Source: Eledone cirrhosa (lineage: Eukaryota). From it: a DNA stretch of 64,000 nucleotides. The DNA lies in NCBI GenBank assembly GCA_964016885.1, contig OZ024741.1, positions 110,980,001 to 111,044,000 of the forward strand, in the 5' to 3' direction. A program made the position numbers and the translations under genes. Below, piece after piece: positions 1-12,930 of this stretch; the stretch's first letter is position 1; every line of letters begins with the position of its first letter. The notes beneath the pieces were generated by a model, which was given only the letters and a program-made list of their open reading frames with translations, was not told the origin of the DNA and ran no database searches.

Positions 1-2030
1 ACCTGTATGCAGACCCAATATTGCTAGTAGCTACAGGATCTCCTACTTCCTCTCTATGATTATACGCCCCATAATTAAGATTTCTCCAGATATATGCGAC
101 AGCACAGAGGACCTCCTCAGTAGAATCAATGAATGCAACAACAAAAACTTAACTAACTGCATAATAGGCAGTATGGATGTAGTGCCCTGTACCCATCCAT
201 TGACATTGATTTTGTTGTGGAAAAATGTGTGGAAATAATCGGTGAGAGTGAGGTGGAGTTCTGCGACATCAACACAGATGAACTGGGCCTCCTACTTAGA
301 CTTATTTATGGCACCAAATACCTAGATAATCATGACCTTAGCTGTTTCTGCCCCAGTAGACCTATAAGAGGTAGACCTCCCACCATAACTCAATGCCTAA
401 AAAGACTCCCATAGGAAGATGGAATGGATGGGCCAAAGCCATACGGACACCCCAAAACAACGATCAGGAGCTAGTATTAAAACTACCGTAAAGGGCCATA
501 TGTTTAAATTTAATGAAAAAATCTACACCCAGAATGAAGGAGCAGCCATTGGCATCAGCATAGCTGGCGATGTTACCAATCTGTTTATGGTATGGTGGGA
601 GAGGAAACTCAGAGAACTCCATAGTCCTCATCATATACTCTCGTTACATAGACGATAGTAATATAGTAATAAGAACACCACCACAAGAGAGTACCAATAA
701 ACCTGAATTAGAAAATAGCACAATGGAGAGCATCCAGCAGATAGCTAACTCCATACACCAGTGTATAACTGTAACCATTGACTACCCTTCCAAACAGCCT
801 AATAATAGACTACCAGTATTAGACACAGAACTCTGGTTAAACACGAGAGGGCCCAAATTCTCCACTCAGACTATGCTAAACCCATGGCCTCCAAATACCT
901 GATACTAAAAAACTCAGCAATGTCCAATAGTGCTAAGTTTAATATTCTGATCGCAGACTTGGTAAGAGTGATGAAGAATGTGTCCCGCGTGTGCGACCCA
1001 ACTAAAATGGAAAGACACATCCAACACTTCATCAATCGCATGCAGTTCTCTGGCTACAACCAAAGAGACCGAATCAGAGTATACAAAGAAGCCACGGAAA
1101 AATATAAGACCCTCATAGAAATGGACAAAAGGAATTTGCCCATTATACAGGAGAAAATCATGAAATAGCTTAGATAGGACTAAACAAAAAATAGGGAAAG
1201 CCACCTCATGGTACAACAACCAGAGATACCAGAGTGTCATGTTTGTGGATGCTATCCCTGGAAGGAAATTAGCTAAGCAATGTAGAAAGGCCCTAAGAAA
1301 GACCCATCTAAAGATTAAAGTGGTAGAAAAGCCAGGAACTACCATAAAATCCTTGATCAGCAAGACATACCCCTTTAAGAAAACCCACTGTATGAATAAG
1401 AAATGTGTTATATGTAGAATGAACCCCTAGATAAATTGTAAAACTAGAAATGTAGTCTATAGCATAAGATGTACAAAGGGTACTTGCTGAAACATGACAA
1501 CGACATACATAGGTGAGCCAGCTCGAAGCATAGGAGAAAGAATAGACCAACACTGGGAGGAACTAAAAGGACAAAAAAACGGTTCAGTACTATATGAACA
1601 CGCCAGACAAAGACATGACGGTAATATAGACAACATAGAAATTAAAATAATATCCAAGCATAGAAATGACTCAACAGGTAGGCAAACCAGAGAAGCAACT
1701 GAGATAGAAGTAAGAAAACCAAAGTTGAACAGAAAGAATGAATGAAATAACAACAACCACCATACCCAAACAAACAATACTGACCTAAGGGAAATATAAA
1801 TAAATAAATATATACACAAGTACAATAATGACAAACACATATAAACACACACTAGTGAACAAAGATAGAATACAAAAATACATACACTCAAACACATGCG
1901 CAAACAGAGACAGAAACAAGAATAAATAAATAAAATAAAAATGGCGTAGGCATTACAATACAATGGGAGGAAACATAATAGTACCACTGATGACGTCACA
2001 GATGTGTGACGAAAGAACTTTGATAGACCA
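1..2030 (+). mobile_element. Penelope-like retroelement (RT + GIY-YIG endonuclease), degenerate, running off the window start
   Basis: Frameshifted ORF pieces give RT motifs (SMDV; YTQNEGAAIG; RYIDD; LPVLD). They are followed by a Cys-containing linker (CxxxxCxxC) and GIY-YIG motifs (NVVYSIRC...TYIGE.ARSIGER..QH...RQTREA.EI....PKLN, stop at 1745). The AT-rich 3' UTR ends in a hammerhead-like motif. Confidence 0.9.
1981..2026 (+). ncRNA. Minimal type I hammerhead ribozyme-like motif in the Penelope 3' region (degenerate)
   Basis: gtacca-CTGATGA-c-gtcaca(gatg)tgtgac-GAAA-gaac-tt-tgatag. Stem II is perfect; stems I and III are imperfect. Penelope-like elements are known to carry minimal hammerheads. 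Confidence 0.6.
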
Positions 2031-2256
2031 TATATATATTTATATCTGTATTTTTAACCGTTGGTCAGTCAATGATAAACATTGATTGCCAGATAAATTA
2101 ACTATGGAGATATAAAAGATACAGAAGCAAAAACCAACCAAACAGTGAGTGTGTTCTATTATTATTTCTGGCAATATTATAACATTATGACCCCCCCTCC
2201 CCACCCAAATATAACAATATATATATATATATATATAAAAACATATATATATGTAT

Positions 2257-2520
2257 ATCATCATCATTTAACGTCCATCTTCCATGCTAACATGGGTAGG
2301 ACGGGCTGTCTCTGTGAGGAACTGAATTCGCTCACACAGAACTGATTTTGGCTTGGTTTCTACAGCTGGATGCCCTTCCTAATGCCAACCACTTTTACAG
2401 TGTATGCTGGGTGCTTTTTGCCATGTTGCCTACACGACCACTTTACAGTGTTGGCTGGGTGCTTTTTGTTGTGACACCACGCTTTTATCATGTGGAAGAT
2501 AGATGTTAAATGATGATGAC
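2257..2520. mobile_element. RTE/SINE 3'-tail fragments in inverted arrangement
   Basis: catcatcatttaacgtccatcttccatg at the left end and its inverse catgtggaagatagatgttaaatgatgatg at the right end. Internal ctacagctggatgcccttcctaa is shared with the RTE 3' UTR. Confidence 0.6.
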
Positions 2521-2543
2521 GATATATATATATATATACATAT

Positions 2544-2815
2544 GAAAGCATGTGGCTTAGTGGATAGAATTCAATCATGAAATTGTGAGTTTGATTCCAG
2601 ATTTGGTGGTGCATTGTGTCCATGAGCAAGACACTTTATTTCATGTTTCTCCAGTTTATTCAGCTGGAAAAAATGAGTTGCGACATCACTGGTGCCAAAG
2701 CTGTATTGGCCTTTGCTTTTCTCTTGAATAACTAATCTGTATATTTTGTATCCATGGTGTATAGAGGTGAACTTTCTTGGTGCAAACCCCATGGCCATTT
2801 GTGACCAAAGTGGTC
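2544..2815 (+). mobile_element. tRNA-derived SINE with CORE-like domain
   Basis: A-box-like tggcttagtgg, B-box-like gagtttgattcc, and CORE-like tgtgtccatgagcaagacactttatttcatgtttctccagtttattcagctg. Confidence 0.7.
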
Positions 2816-3278
2816 TTTTACTTTTATAGATGGCAAAGATAATACAGAGTAGAGAGACTCTTCAGTTAGGCCATGCATATAACATACTCTAATGTTGATG
2901 CTATAATAAACTGTACCAAGTATCCCCTGTAAACTAGTTGTGCTGATGTCATGATAAAATGCACCCAGAATACTCTGTAAAGGGGCAGCACTGGTACCAT
3001 GATAATCACAACCTGTACACCTGTAAGGTGGTTGGTATTAGGAAAAGTATCGAGCCATAGAAACCATGTCAAATATAGAACTTAGAGCACGATGAGGTTT
3101 CTCTGACCTTTCTAGTTTCAGACCGTTATAACCTGTCCAATCCATAGCATTGTTATTATGCTGCTAAAGATCATACTTACTTTTCAATACTACTTTTAAT
3201 AGGTTTAATTTTAATTAGTTTCACTTCCAAAGTAAGCTCCCCTGTTTTTCTTAACCAGTATTTGTTATTAAGATAATT

Positions 3279-3366
3279 GTTTCTACGTTAGGCACAAGGC
3301 CAGCAATTACCCAGTGCATTACTTATACTTTATTTTATCGACCCCGTAAGGATGAAAGGCAAAGTT
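3279..3366 (-). mobile_element. SINE fragment (second family, gcctttcatccttacggggtcgataaa domain)
   Basis: Reverse complement matches the 3' half of the copies at 17434 and 30298. Confidence 0.7.
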
Positions 3367-3842
3367 AAATTTGTTACTAAGATAATGAATTTTAAATCAA
3401 CCCAATGTCTAATTTCTATCAATCAAAGTTCATTATAAAAAAAGAAATAGTCAAGTGGGTGTTAATAAGATAGCATAACTATTTCTTTTTTATAATGAGG
3501 GCATCCCTAGATATTTTTTTGCCAGTCATTCATGTATTTATATTTGTCCTAATGTTATTAAAAATGACAGTGAAATGAAGTCCTGAAAACAGCCCCCAAA
3601 ATATTCAACTTCTCAACCAACTTCAGCGGAACTCCACTCACATGCTGAGTGCAGACCCTCTGGAGAGGTGTGTCAGGGTACTTTGCCGCCACCAACGCCT
3701 TTCCCAAGAAGAAGAAAGTAATTAACAACCAACACAGCTCAGTAGGAGTTCCCTTTATACTCTACTTTATTTCTTTAATAAATCACAAAATCTTTTCACT
3801 GAAACATACACACGCATATATATATATATATATATATATATA

Positions 3843-4818
<976 letters not shown>

Positions 4819-5541
4819 GTCTCTACTATATAAATTGGAAGTGGTTGGACGTTGTATATGTAAGTGTAGTCGGATAAACGTCGAAACGGCTTGGTGGAAT
4901 GCAGCGAAAATTTACACAATTATGCAAAATGACCCGAGGAGGCGTTGGGTGGACTTTCAAGCTACAAGCTTCCATGGTTACGGAGAAAATCGATGAAACA
5001 GGAATTTCCCATTCAAATTGAACTGAGAGAAATTCAATGATCTAATAACAAAGGGAGATAACCTCTTCCTTTTTTTTTTAAAGAGTTTTCTTGCTTGAAA
5101 TTTCAGCACTATTTTTTTCTTTTTACTTTTTCCACGGAAACTTCGACACATGGTTACTGGATAAAAAATATTTTTATATATTTCTTCATTAGGAGATTTG
5201 ACTTTTTGCGCGGTTTTCACTTGAATACATTCTGTTCTCTTAATAACACGTGAGTTTTCTTCGTAACTTATTTCATTCTTAAGTTGACAATACAGTTCTA
5301 AGCAGACTTCTACTGCATAAACAACACATTCAAATTAATATAGCACACTTTGCATTTCATTAGTTTATTTAACTACAATAAGAAGTTTAAATGGGTTGCA
5401 TTCCGGTGGTTCGGATTTCCACAAACATTTCCAATAACTCATGCAAGAGTACCTGAAAATGATTGGAAATAAGAGAATTTGTTGGCTTTCTCGATCATAC
5501 TTAACATGTTCAGATTGACCATTTTATCTTTATTTTACTAG

Positions 5542-8500
5542 GAAACGGTTAACCAAAGGGAAGGCCGACTTTCAACGTCGCGTCAGTATCGTGAACGTTC
5601 GGGTCTCGAGGAGTTCGAAGAAGCAAGGCAGGCCCGCCTTGCTGACAAACGCAGCCGCAATCAACGCTCTCTTCTTGAAGAGTCAGCCGAAGCAAGGGAG
5701 GCCCATGCTCACCAGCGCATTTCCAATCAACACTCTCTTCTCGAAGAGTCAGCTGAAGCAAGGGAGGCCCGCCTTGCTGACAAACGCAGCCACAATCAAC
5801 GCTCTCTTCTCGAGGAGTCGGTTGGGGTAAGAGAAGAAAGGCTGGCAGGGAGACGTCAAAGAAATGTAGCTTCTGCAAGAGGCGTTGTTTGGATGAAAGC
5901 TGGCTTCAACTACAGCCGTTCTGATGTTTTTACTGATCACCCTGCCATAACTCTTGGTAAAATGGACAAGATATGCGAGTATTGCGGAGCTAAGAAATGG
6001 GGCGGCGAGGCACCCGGTCATTGTTGTTCTAGAGGTAAGGGTCGACTTCAAGCGCTGGCAGATCGACCTGAAATTCTGAAAAATCTGCTCACCGGAAACT
6101 CTGACGACGCCAAGAAATTCTGCAAGGACACGTGGAAATATAAATTGTGTTTTGCTATGACATCTTTTGGTGTTAATGATGGCAGGGAACGCAGAATTAC
6201 CAACAGCGGCAGCAACAACAATGGTCGTGGTGAGGAAAACTCCAACTCTGACAGGAAAAAAAAGGAAACACCGTACACCTTCAAAATTCAGTGTCAGTGT
6301 TACCATCTGATGGGCAGTCTTCGTCCGCAGCCACGCAGGTCTTCTTCATGGGGGGGGGGGGGGGGGGGGGTCCGACGAGGAGGTTTCCCAAAGATGTAAG
6401 TTAAATTCCGGTGTTGACGTTAGTATTGTTGCTAACCTTCAAATCATGCTTCATACAACTCACCCTTAAGTCAGAGATTTTAAGAATGCATTGGAACTGT
6501 TGGACGCCCGACCCGAACTTCAATTAACCATTAAAGCTGACCGTCGTCCTGCTGGAGAACATCCCGGGCGTTTCAACGCTCCAACTACTAACGAGGTAGC
6601 AGCCATTTTGGTCGGTGAACAGTACGGTAAACACAATATCGTGCTTCATCATTGCGACAGTCGACTTTCATTTGTTTGCGCAAGTAATCGAGCGTACGAC
6701 TGCCTCCAGTATCCCATGGTTTTTCCAAACGGGGAAGATGGCTACAACTTTGAACTGCGCCAGGTTAATCCAACAATCGGTGCTGAATTGTCTAAATGTG
6801 TTTCTTGCAAGGATTTTTACGCATACCGTCTAATGGTGCGAGATGGTCAATTCAACTGTTTATAACCTTCACATGCAACCCTAACTGGCCGGAGATTAAG
6901 GAATACCTATTCAACGGGCAGGCAACTTGCAACAGACATGACTTACCTGCGAGATTTTTCCATCTTTAATTGCAAAACCTTATGTGCTTGCTGAAACATG
7001 GTGCCATTTTCGGGCAATTGAATGCTTGGATGTACACAGTGGAATGGCAGAAACGGGGTCTTCCACACGCTCATATATTAATCTGGTGCAAGGAGAGAAT
7101 CAGACCTTCGGACATCGATCGGGTTATATGGGCAGAGCTGCCTGACCCTCAAAAGGACCCCAAACTCTTCAGGATTGTTTCAAAGCACATGATACATGGA
7201 CCATGCGGCGTCATAAACCCTGCATCACCATGTATGGCACAGAACAAGTGCACAAAACAATATCCCAGGGCTTTCAACAGGGAAACATGCACCGGGGTTC
7301 ACGGGTACCCCATTTACCGCCGACGTGCGCCCGACTTTGGTGGGATTACTGTTATGATTACGAGAAATGGAAAAACATATGAAATTGACAACAGCTTGGT
7401 GGTACCCTACAATCCTTTCCTTGCGTGAATTTTTAATGCACACATCAACATAGAGTCCTGCTCATCTGTGAAAATTATTAAATACATATGTAAATGTATC
7501 AACAAAGGCGAGGACATGGCTGTTGTGGATATTCATGGTGAGGGTACTTCAAATGACGAAATTAAGCAATACTTAATGGGTCGGTACATTTCGTCCAACA
7601 TGGCTGCATGGCGGATTTTGGGATTCGAGATTCACCAGTCTTCCCCAGCTGTTATGAATTTGGATGTTCACCTCGAGAATGGCCAACGTGTTTACTTCAC
7701 TGAAGACAGCGCATCCAAAGTGATCGAGCAGCTACCTGAAACGACACTAACGGCTTTTTTCAAGTTATGCTCCACCGATAGCTATGCTGCAACTCTTCTT
7801 TATGCAGACATCCCATCCGTCTTCACATGGTCGAACAAAAATTGGCACAGGCGGCGTAGAGGTGTGGTTGTTAACAATGTGCAAGGTGACGCTATCTTCA
7901 GAGGTGATGCTATCGGGCGTGTCTACACAGTCCATCCAAAGGACCAAGAATGTTTTTTTTTTGTGGATGCTGCTACACCGCGTCGCTGGGCCAAAATCGT
8001 TCGCAGACCTCAAGCTTTTCGACAGAGAAGTCTGCTCTACTTACAGGGACGCGTGCTTGAAGCATGGGATGTTAGAGGATGATTCTCACTGGAACGTGGC
8101 AATGAAAGAGGCCGCTGAATGTAGGATACCGCGAGAAATGCAACGTCTTTTTTGCGTTATGTTGATCTTCTGCAACGTGAGTGAGCCCCTTCCGCTTTGG
8201 GAAACATACAAAGACAGCATGTCAGAGGATTTCCTTCGAAGACTGCAAGCTGAGGATCCTTCAGGAGTTTTCGCATTCAACGATGCCATCTACAATGAGG
8301 CTCTCCTCGATCTGGAAAGTCGGTTGCAATCGATGGCAGCGGTTGGTGTAGTACATTTTGGCTTGCCTCAACCACGGAACCGTCCAAATGCTTTATCTGC
8401 TGAGTACATGCGGGAATTGAAGTACAACACAGATGAAATGGCGGCCCAAGGAGCTCAGGATGAGCCCTGACTTTTGGACGACCAGAGACAAGCATACCAT

Positions 8501-9180
8501 AGGATCCTTTCCAGCATCGACTCTTACGATGGAAAAATGTTTTTTTGGGATGCTCCTGGCGGCACTGAAAAAACCTTCCTCATCAACCTGCTGCTGGCTA
8601 AGCTGAGACAAGACAACCGCATTGTCTTAGCAGTTGCATCCAGTGGTATTGCAGCAACCCTACTACATGGTGATAAAACGGCACATTCAGCCTTCAAACT
8701 ACCACTGGACTTGGCGAAAAAAGAAACTCCAACCTGCAACATAAGTCGAGGATCGGCAAAAGGCAATCTACTCGCAGAGTGCTGCCTCATCATTTGGGGC
8801 GAGGCAACCATGAGTCATAAAAATGCTTTTGAAGCTCTTGATCGGACTCTTCAGGACTTACGGCGCAATACTCGGGTGATGGGTGGTATGACAGTTCTAC
8901 TGGCTGGTGATTTCCGGCAGACTCTTCCTGTCATTCCGAAAGGGACAAGAGCAGATGAGATCAACGCTTCAATAAAGTTGTCATATCTCTGGCATCATAT
9001 CGAAAAAATTCATCTGACTTCCAATATGAGAGTTCAGGTATATGGCGATCAAGATTCTTTCACTTTTTCGACGTAGCTTCTTGATGTCGGCAATGGACAT
9101 ATAGATGCAGATGCTGAAGGGCATATCTGTCTTCCGTTTGGAAACTATGTGTCTGATGTGGACGAACTAATGGAGTCTTT
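5542..9180 (+). pseudogene. Helitron RepHel (HUH Rep + PIF1-like helicase), frameshifted and internally deleted
   Basis: N-terminal charged repeats, then a CEYCGA..W......CC zinc motif, FNAPTTNEVAA, YDCLQYP and FTCNPNWPEI. HUH motif VEWQKRGLPHAHIL and IKYICK.INKG follow. Helicase motifs: DAPGGTEKTF, AVASSGIAATLL..KTAHS, LLAGDFRQTLPV, LTSNMR. Confidence 0.92.
5600..5830 (+). repeat. ~60-bp tandem repeat encoding a 20-aa charged repeat at the RepHel N-terminus
   Basis: gaagcaagggaggcccgccttgctgacaaacgcagccgcaatcaacgctctcttct... recurs about 3.5 times (EAREARLADKRSRNQRSLLE). Confidence 0.8.
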
Positions 9181-9495
9181 TGGGATTTCTTATTTTTTCT
9201 TTTTTGGGGTTTTCATATTTCTGTTTTCAACCATATTTGACAGTAAATTCAGTAGGATTTCGGTTTGTTATTCTTAATATTTTTTTGTTTTCGTGTTCCC
9301 TTTTTGTGATTTTTGTTGGTTTCTTGGTGGAGAAAAGAAGTTGAATTCTTATCAGTGAACCAAATCCCCCGGGTAAAACCGAGTTAAACAGCTAGTATAT
9401 ATATATATATATATATATAGGTTTAAATGATATATAACAGGATATATCAATTGAGAAATGCCTTGTATTTTGTACATATACACAGAACAAATAAT

Positions 9496-10158
9496 CATCA
9501 TCATCAGGTCGAGCTTGCTCGGCCTTCTACGACACGTTTCCTCCATCCATCTCTGTCTCTCATAGCATTTGCCAGTTCTTCCGCAGTGCATCCAGTATCA
9601 TCCTCAAGTTGCTTGACGTATGTCTTCTTGGGACGACCAGCGTTTCTTGCTCCATGAGATGGACTCCATAACAACACATCACCTGCTATTTCTTCCTTGC
9701 TGCGCCAACAGTGGCCAGCAAATCTGAGTCTCTGTCCACGTATTGACCTGCTGATAGGTGGTATATTGCCATAGAGATCCTTATTTGTTAGGTGTTCCCT
9801 CCAAGACACGTTTAAAGCAGCGCGGAGCATACGTGTGTATGCCCCGTCTAGCTTTTTCTCCAGCTTCGACATTAGCGTCCAAGTGATAGAGCCATAAACA
9901 AGCACAGATTCCACAGCAGCTCTGAAGAAATTCCTTTTCAGTTTGGCCGGCAGGTTTGATTTGCAAAGGAAATCAGACTATGTCAATGCAGGCAAAACAG
10001 AATATATTTGCCTGAACCAAGACTCCTCAGTTGGTATGCGAAGTCTAAACGGCGATACAATCAAGCAAGTTGACGACTTCAAATACCTGGGTAGCTATAA
10101 CGCCTCCACAGAACATGATGTTAACATCAGACTGGGAAAAGCCTGGGAAGCATTGAAT
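9496..10158 (-). mobile_element. 5'-truncated RTE-type LINE with 5' inversion and 9-bp TSD
   Basis: Minus part 9504-9966 encodes VESVLVYGSITWTL...RLRFAGHCWR with a (TGA)n tail. Plus part 9967-10158 encodes upstream RT sequence (NAGKTEYI...DFKYLGS). TSD acaaataat at 9487-9495 and 10159-10167. Confidence 0.85.
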
Positions 10159-10437
10159 ACAAATAATATGTAAACAAAAATACATTTGTTCTGAATATAT
10201 GTCTAAAATACTGTTTCTCTCTATATATCCTATTCCTGTTATATATCATTTAAAGTTATATGATTGATGCTCGAAACTGAAGTTTATGGAGCTTAATACT
10301 GAGAAACATTGTTGATATACATTTTATATATATTGATTAAACCTAAAAACAGTATATATATATATGTATATATATATGATATATATTTATCCTTATCGAG
10401 CCTCGTGAAATAAATACGTTTGTTTATATTTTATTAT

Positions 10438-10775
10438 TCCATTCCATTCCATTTTATGTCCGCTTTTTCCCTGCTTGCAAGGGTGGGACGGGAACTGATT
10501 CTGGCTTGATTTCTACAGCTGGATGCCCTTCCTAACACCAACCTCATTTACAGTGAGTGCTGGGTGCTTTTTTGCCGTGGCACCTCCACGACCACTTTGC
10601 AGTGGAATGTTATGGACCCCAGTCCCTATCATCTCATTTCTACAGCTGAGTAAACTGGAGCAATGTGAAATAAAGTGTCTTGCTCAAGGAAACAACACAT
10701 CACCCAGTCTGAGAATTGAACTCACAACCTTTCGATTGCAAGGCCAATGCTCTAACCACTAAGCCATGTGCCTCC
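10438..10775 (-). mobile_element. Full-length tRNA-derived CORE-like SINE with RTE-derived 3' end
   Basis: Head ggaggcacatggcttagtggttagagc...gagttcaattctc, CORE-like domain, and tail cccacccttgcaagcagggaaaaagcggac. Confidence 0.85.
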
Positions 10776-10960
10776 TTATTATGTATGCAAAAATATCTGT
10801 ACACGAATATATAATTATAAAGCAAAGAATCGCTGCTTTCACCCTTAACGGGATCTTCTGAAATAAAAAAAAATCAATCTGTGAATGCAGAAGTAAATAT
10901 TCGAAAAACGTTACACACTATATATATATATATACACACTATATACACATATATATATAT

Positions 10961-11652
10961 GGGCGCTGAAGGTGGAAGACTTACGTAGATTAGAGAGAAA
11001 CGAAGCCTGCATGCTCCGATGGATGTGTAACAGTAATATAAGTGAACGACAAAGCATAAATGAATTGAGAGAGAGACTGAGCATAAGAGGAATCAAATGC
11101 TGTGTGCAGGAGAGGCGGTTGCACTGGTATGGACATGTGATGCGTATGAAGGATGACAGCTGCATAAAAAGGTGCAGAGCACTAGAAGTCGATGGAAACC
11201 GCGGAGTGGGGAGACCCAAGATGACATGGGATGAGGTGATAAAAGCCGACCTTACCCAATTACACCTCTCAAAGGCAATGACACACGACCGTGACCTCTG
11301 GCGTCACGCAGTAATACAAAGTACCCGACCTCCCATGGGTACAAGCTGAAGCATATAGACAATATGCCTCCTCACCCCCCACCACAAGGTGGTCGTGGAG
11401 GTGCCACGGCAAAAAAGCACCCAGCCCACACTGTAAAGTGGACGTGTAGGCACCACGAAAAAGCACCCAGCACTCACTGTAAATGAGGTTGGTGTTAGGA
11501 AGGGCATCCAGCTGTAGAAATCAAGCCAAATCAGTTCCTGTATGAGCAAGGCATGGTTAGCCGACCAGACACTGCCACAACAGGACAACCCGTCTAACCC
11601 ATGCTAGCGTGGAAGAACGGACGTAAAACGGTGATGATGATGATGATGATGA
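10961..11652 (+). mobile_element. 5'-truncated RTE-like LINE (RT C-terminus + 3' UTR + (TGA)n)
   Basis: RLERNEACMLRWMC...RRLHWYGHVMRM...GRPKMTW, ending ggacgtaaaacggtgatgatgatg. Confidence 0.88.
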
Positions 11653-11654
11653 CA

Positions 11655-11897
11655 CACACATCGTCATAATGTCGTAATGCAGACAGCCAGGCATACAGAC
11701 AGATATTATAAGAGCGCGACGTTATATCTATGTATCTATCTAAAAAGAAAGACTAAGAATTATAAAGAGAGATCGCCTTTGCTCAAAACACTTACAGGAC
11801 CATTAGTATTACATGTTTAAAGTTTGAAAAAAGTCGTTTGGGTGGTTCTCGAGTTTTAGGGAGTCAGACAGACATTCTCTGTTTTAGATATATAGAT
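11655..11897 (-). mobile_element. Helitron-like 5' terminal fragment
   Basis: Minus strand reads a-TCTATATATCTAAAACAGAGAATGTCTGTCTGAC, the same architecture as the 5' ends at 63052-63396. Confidence 0.55.
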
Positions 11898-12171
11898 AAC
11901 ACACCGAGTCAGCATTTTAATAACAGAGTACTAATTTTGAATAGACAATTTGTAGCATAATGTTTTGTGTTTTTATCTAATAATTGTATCTTGTTCAATA
12001 TTAACCTAACCTAATAAAATTATTGGGGTGGTCTCTGAATTATACACAACACTGCATATACATATATATATATTTTACTCTTTTACCTGTTTCAGCCATC
12101 CGGCTGAGGCCATATTTTCATAGGAAAGGCAACGGAAAAGAGAGTGCTCTATGTAGACTACAGAGCTTTTT

Positions 12172-12356
12172 AGTTATGTAATAAACAATATAAGATAATT
12201 AATTCATTTACCAATGGTTTCTTGAAGATAGATACTTATGTCAGTCTTCATTCATCATAAAAAATTTTTTCTGATGAATAAAGACAGACATAAGTATCTG
12301 TCTTCAAGAAAGCATTGGTAAATGAATTAATTATCTTATATTGTTTATTACATAAC

Positions 12357-12358
<2 letters not shown>
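12172..12358. repeat. ~186-bp near-perfect palindrome with two back-to-back hammerhead-like cores
   Basis: The arms are reverse complements. The right arm reads CTGATGA(12271)-ata-aagacaga..tctgtctt-caa-GAAA-gcattgg-TA. Confidence 0.8.
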
Positions 12359-12392
<34 letters not shown>

Positions 12393-12394
<2 letters not shown>

Positions 12395-12657
12395 AAGAAT
12401 GAAGAGTAACATGGTTGGCTGTACAATAAGGGGCTTTATTTCAAGTACTGACAATTGTTTCGTTGATCAGGTGAATCTAGAGGTCGCAAATCGCGCTTGA
12501 AGTTGCGTCACTCGATCTCCAATACATATATGGAGATCGAGTGATGCAACTTCAAGCGATTAGCGGCCTCTAGACTCACCTGATCAACGAAACAATTGTC
12601 AGTACTTGAAATAAAGCCCCTTATTGTACAGCCAACCATGTTACTCTTCATTCTTTC
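12393..12657. repeat. ~265-bp near-perfect palindrome (foldback) containing a hammerhead 3' half
   Basis: gaaagaatgaagagtaacatgg...ccatgttactcttcattctttc. The right arm contains c-GAAA-caattg-TC-agtact followed by aataaa. Confidence 0.85.
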
Positions 12658-12930
12658 ACTATTATTACTTCAAGTATAACCTGCATAGGAATTACCGCGA
12701 ACTCGCTGCATTACTATGGAAGCATCTTGTTGAGTCAAACAAAGCCGTACGTTAAAACTATCCACGACGCAGAGTACTCACAACCTCTAACTGGATTACC
12801 TATAACGATAACTTGTTATCCCATATATATATATATATATATATATATACTGGTAATAAGGTGGTAAAAAATAAAAAATACTGACCTTTCCTGTTTATAA
12901 TTATATATAGTTTAAATATAAGTATAAATA

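Larger units (their letters stand above)
4820..9395 (+). mobile_element. Helitron with degenerate RepHel gene and both termini
   Basis: 5' end TCTCTACTATATAAA. 3' end is hairpin cccgggtaaaaccgag followed by CTAG and host T. Internal RepHel coding remnants. Confidence 0.9.

Noticed and set aside
1457-1999. 180-aa hydrophobic minus-strand ORF
   Set aside because: It is the antisense of the A-rich Penelope end and 3' UTR; a compositional artefact.
3431-3498. Short inverted repeat with gaaatagtc as a hammerhead
   Set aside because: No CTGANGA core or stem II; low-complexity arms.
10690-10775. tRNA gene
   Set aside because: The A/B boxes continue into CORE-like and LINE-derived sequence; this is a SINE head, as are the other copies.
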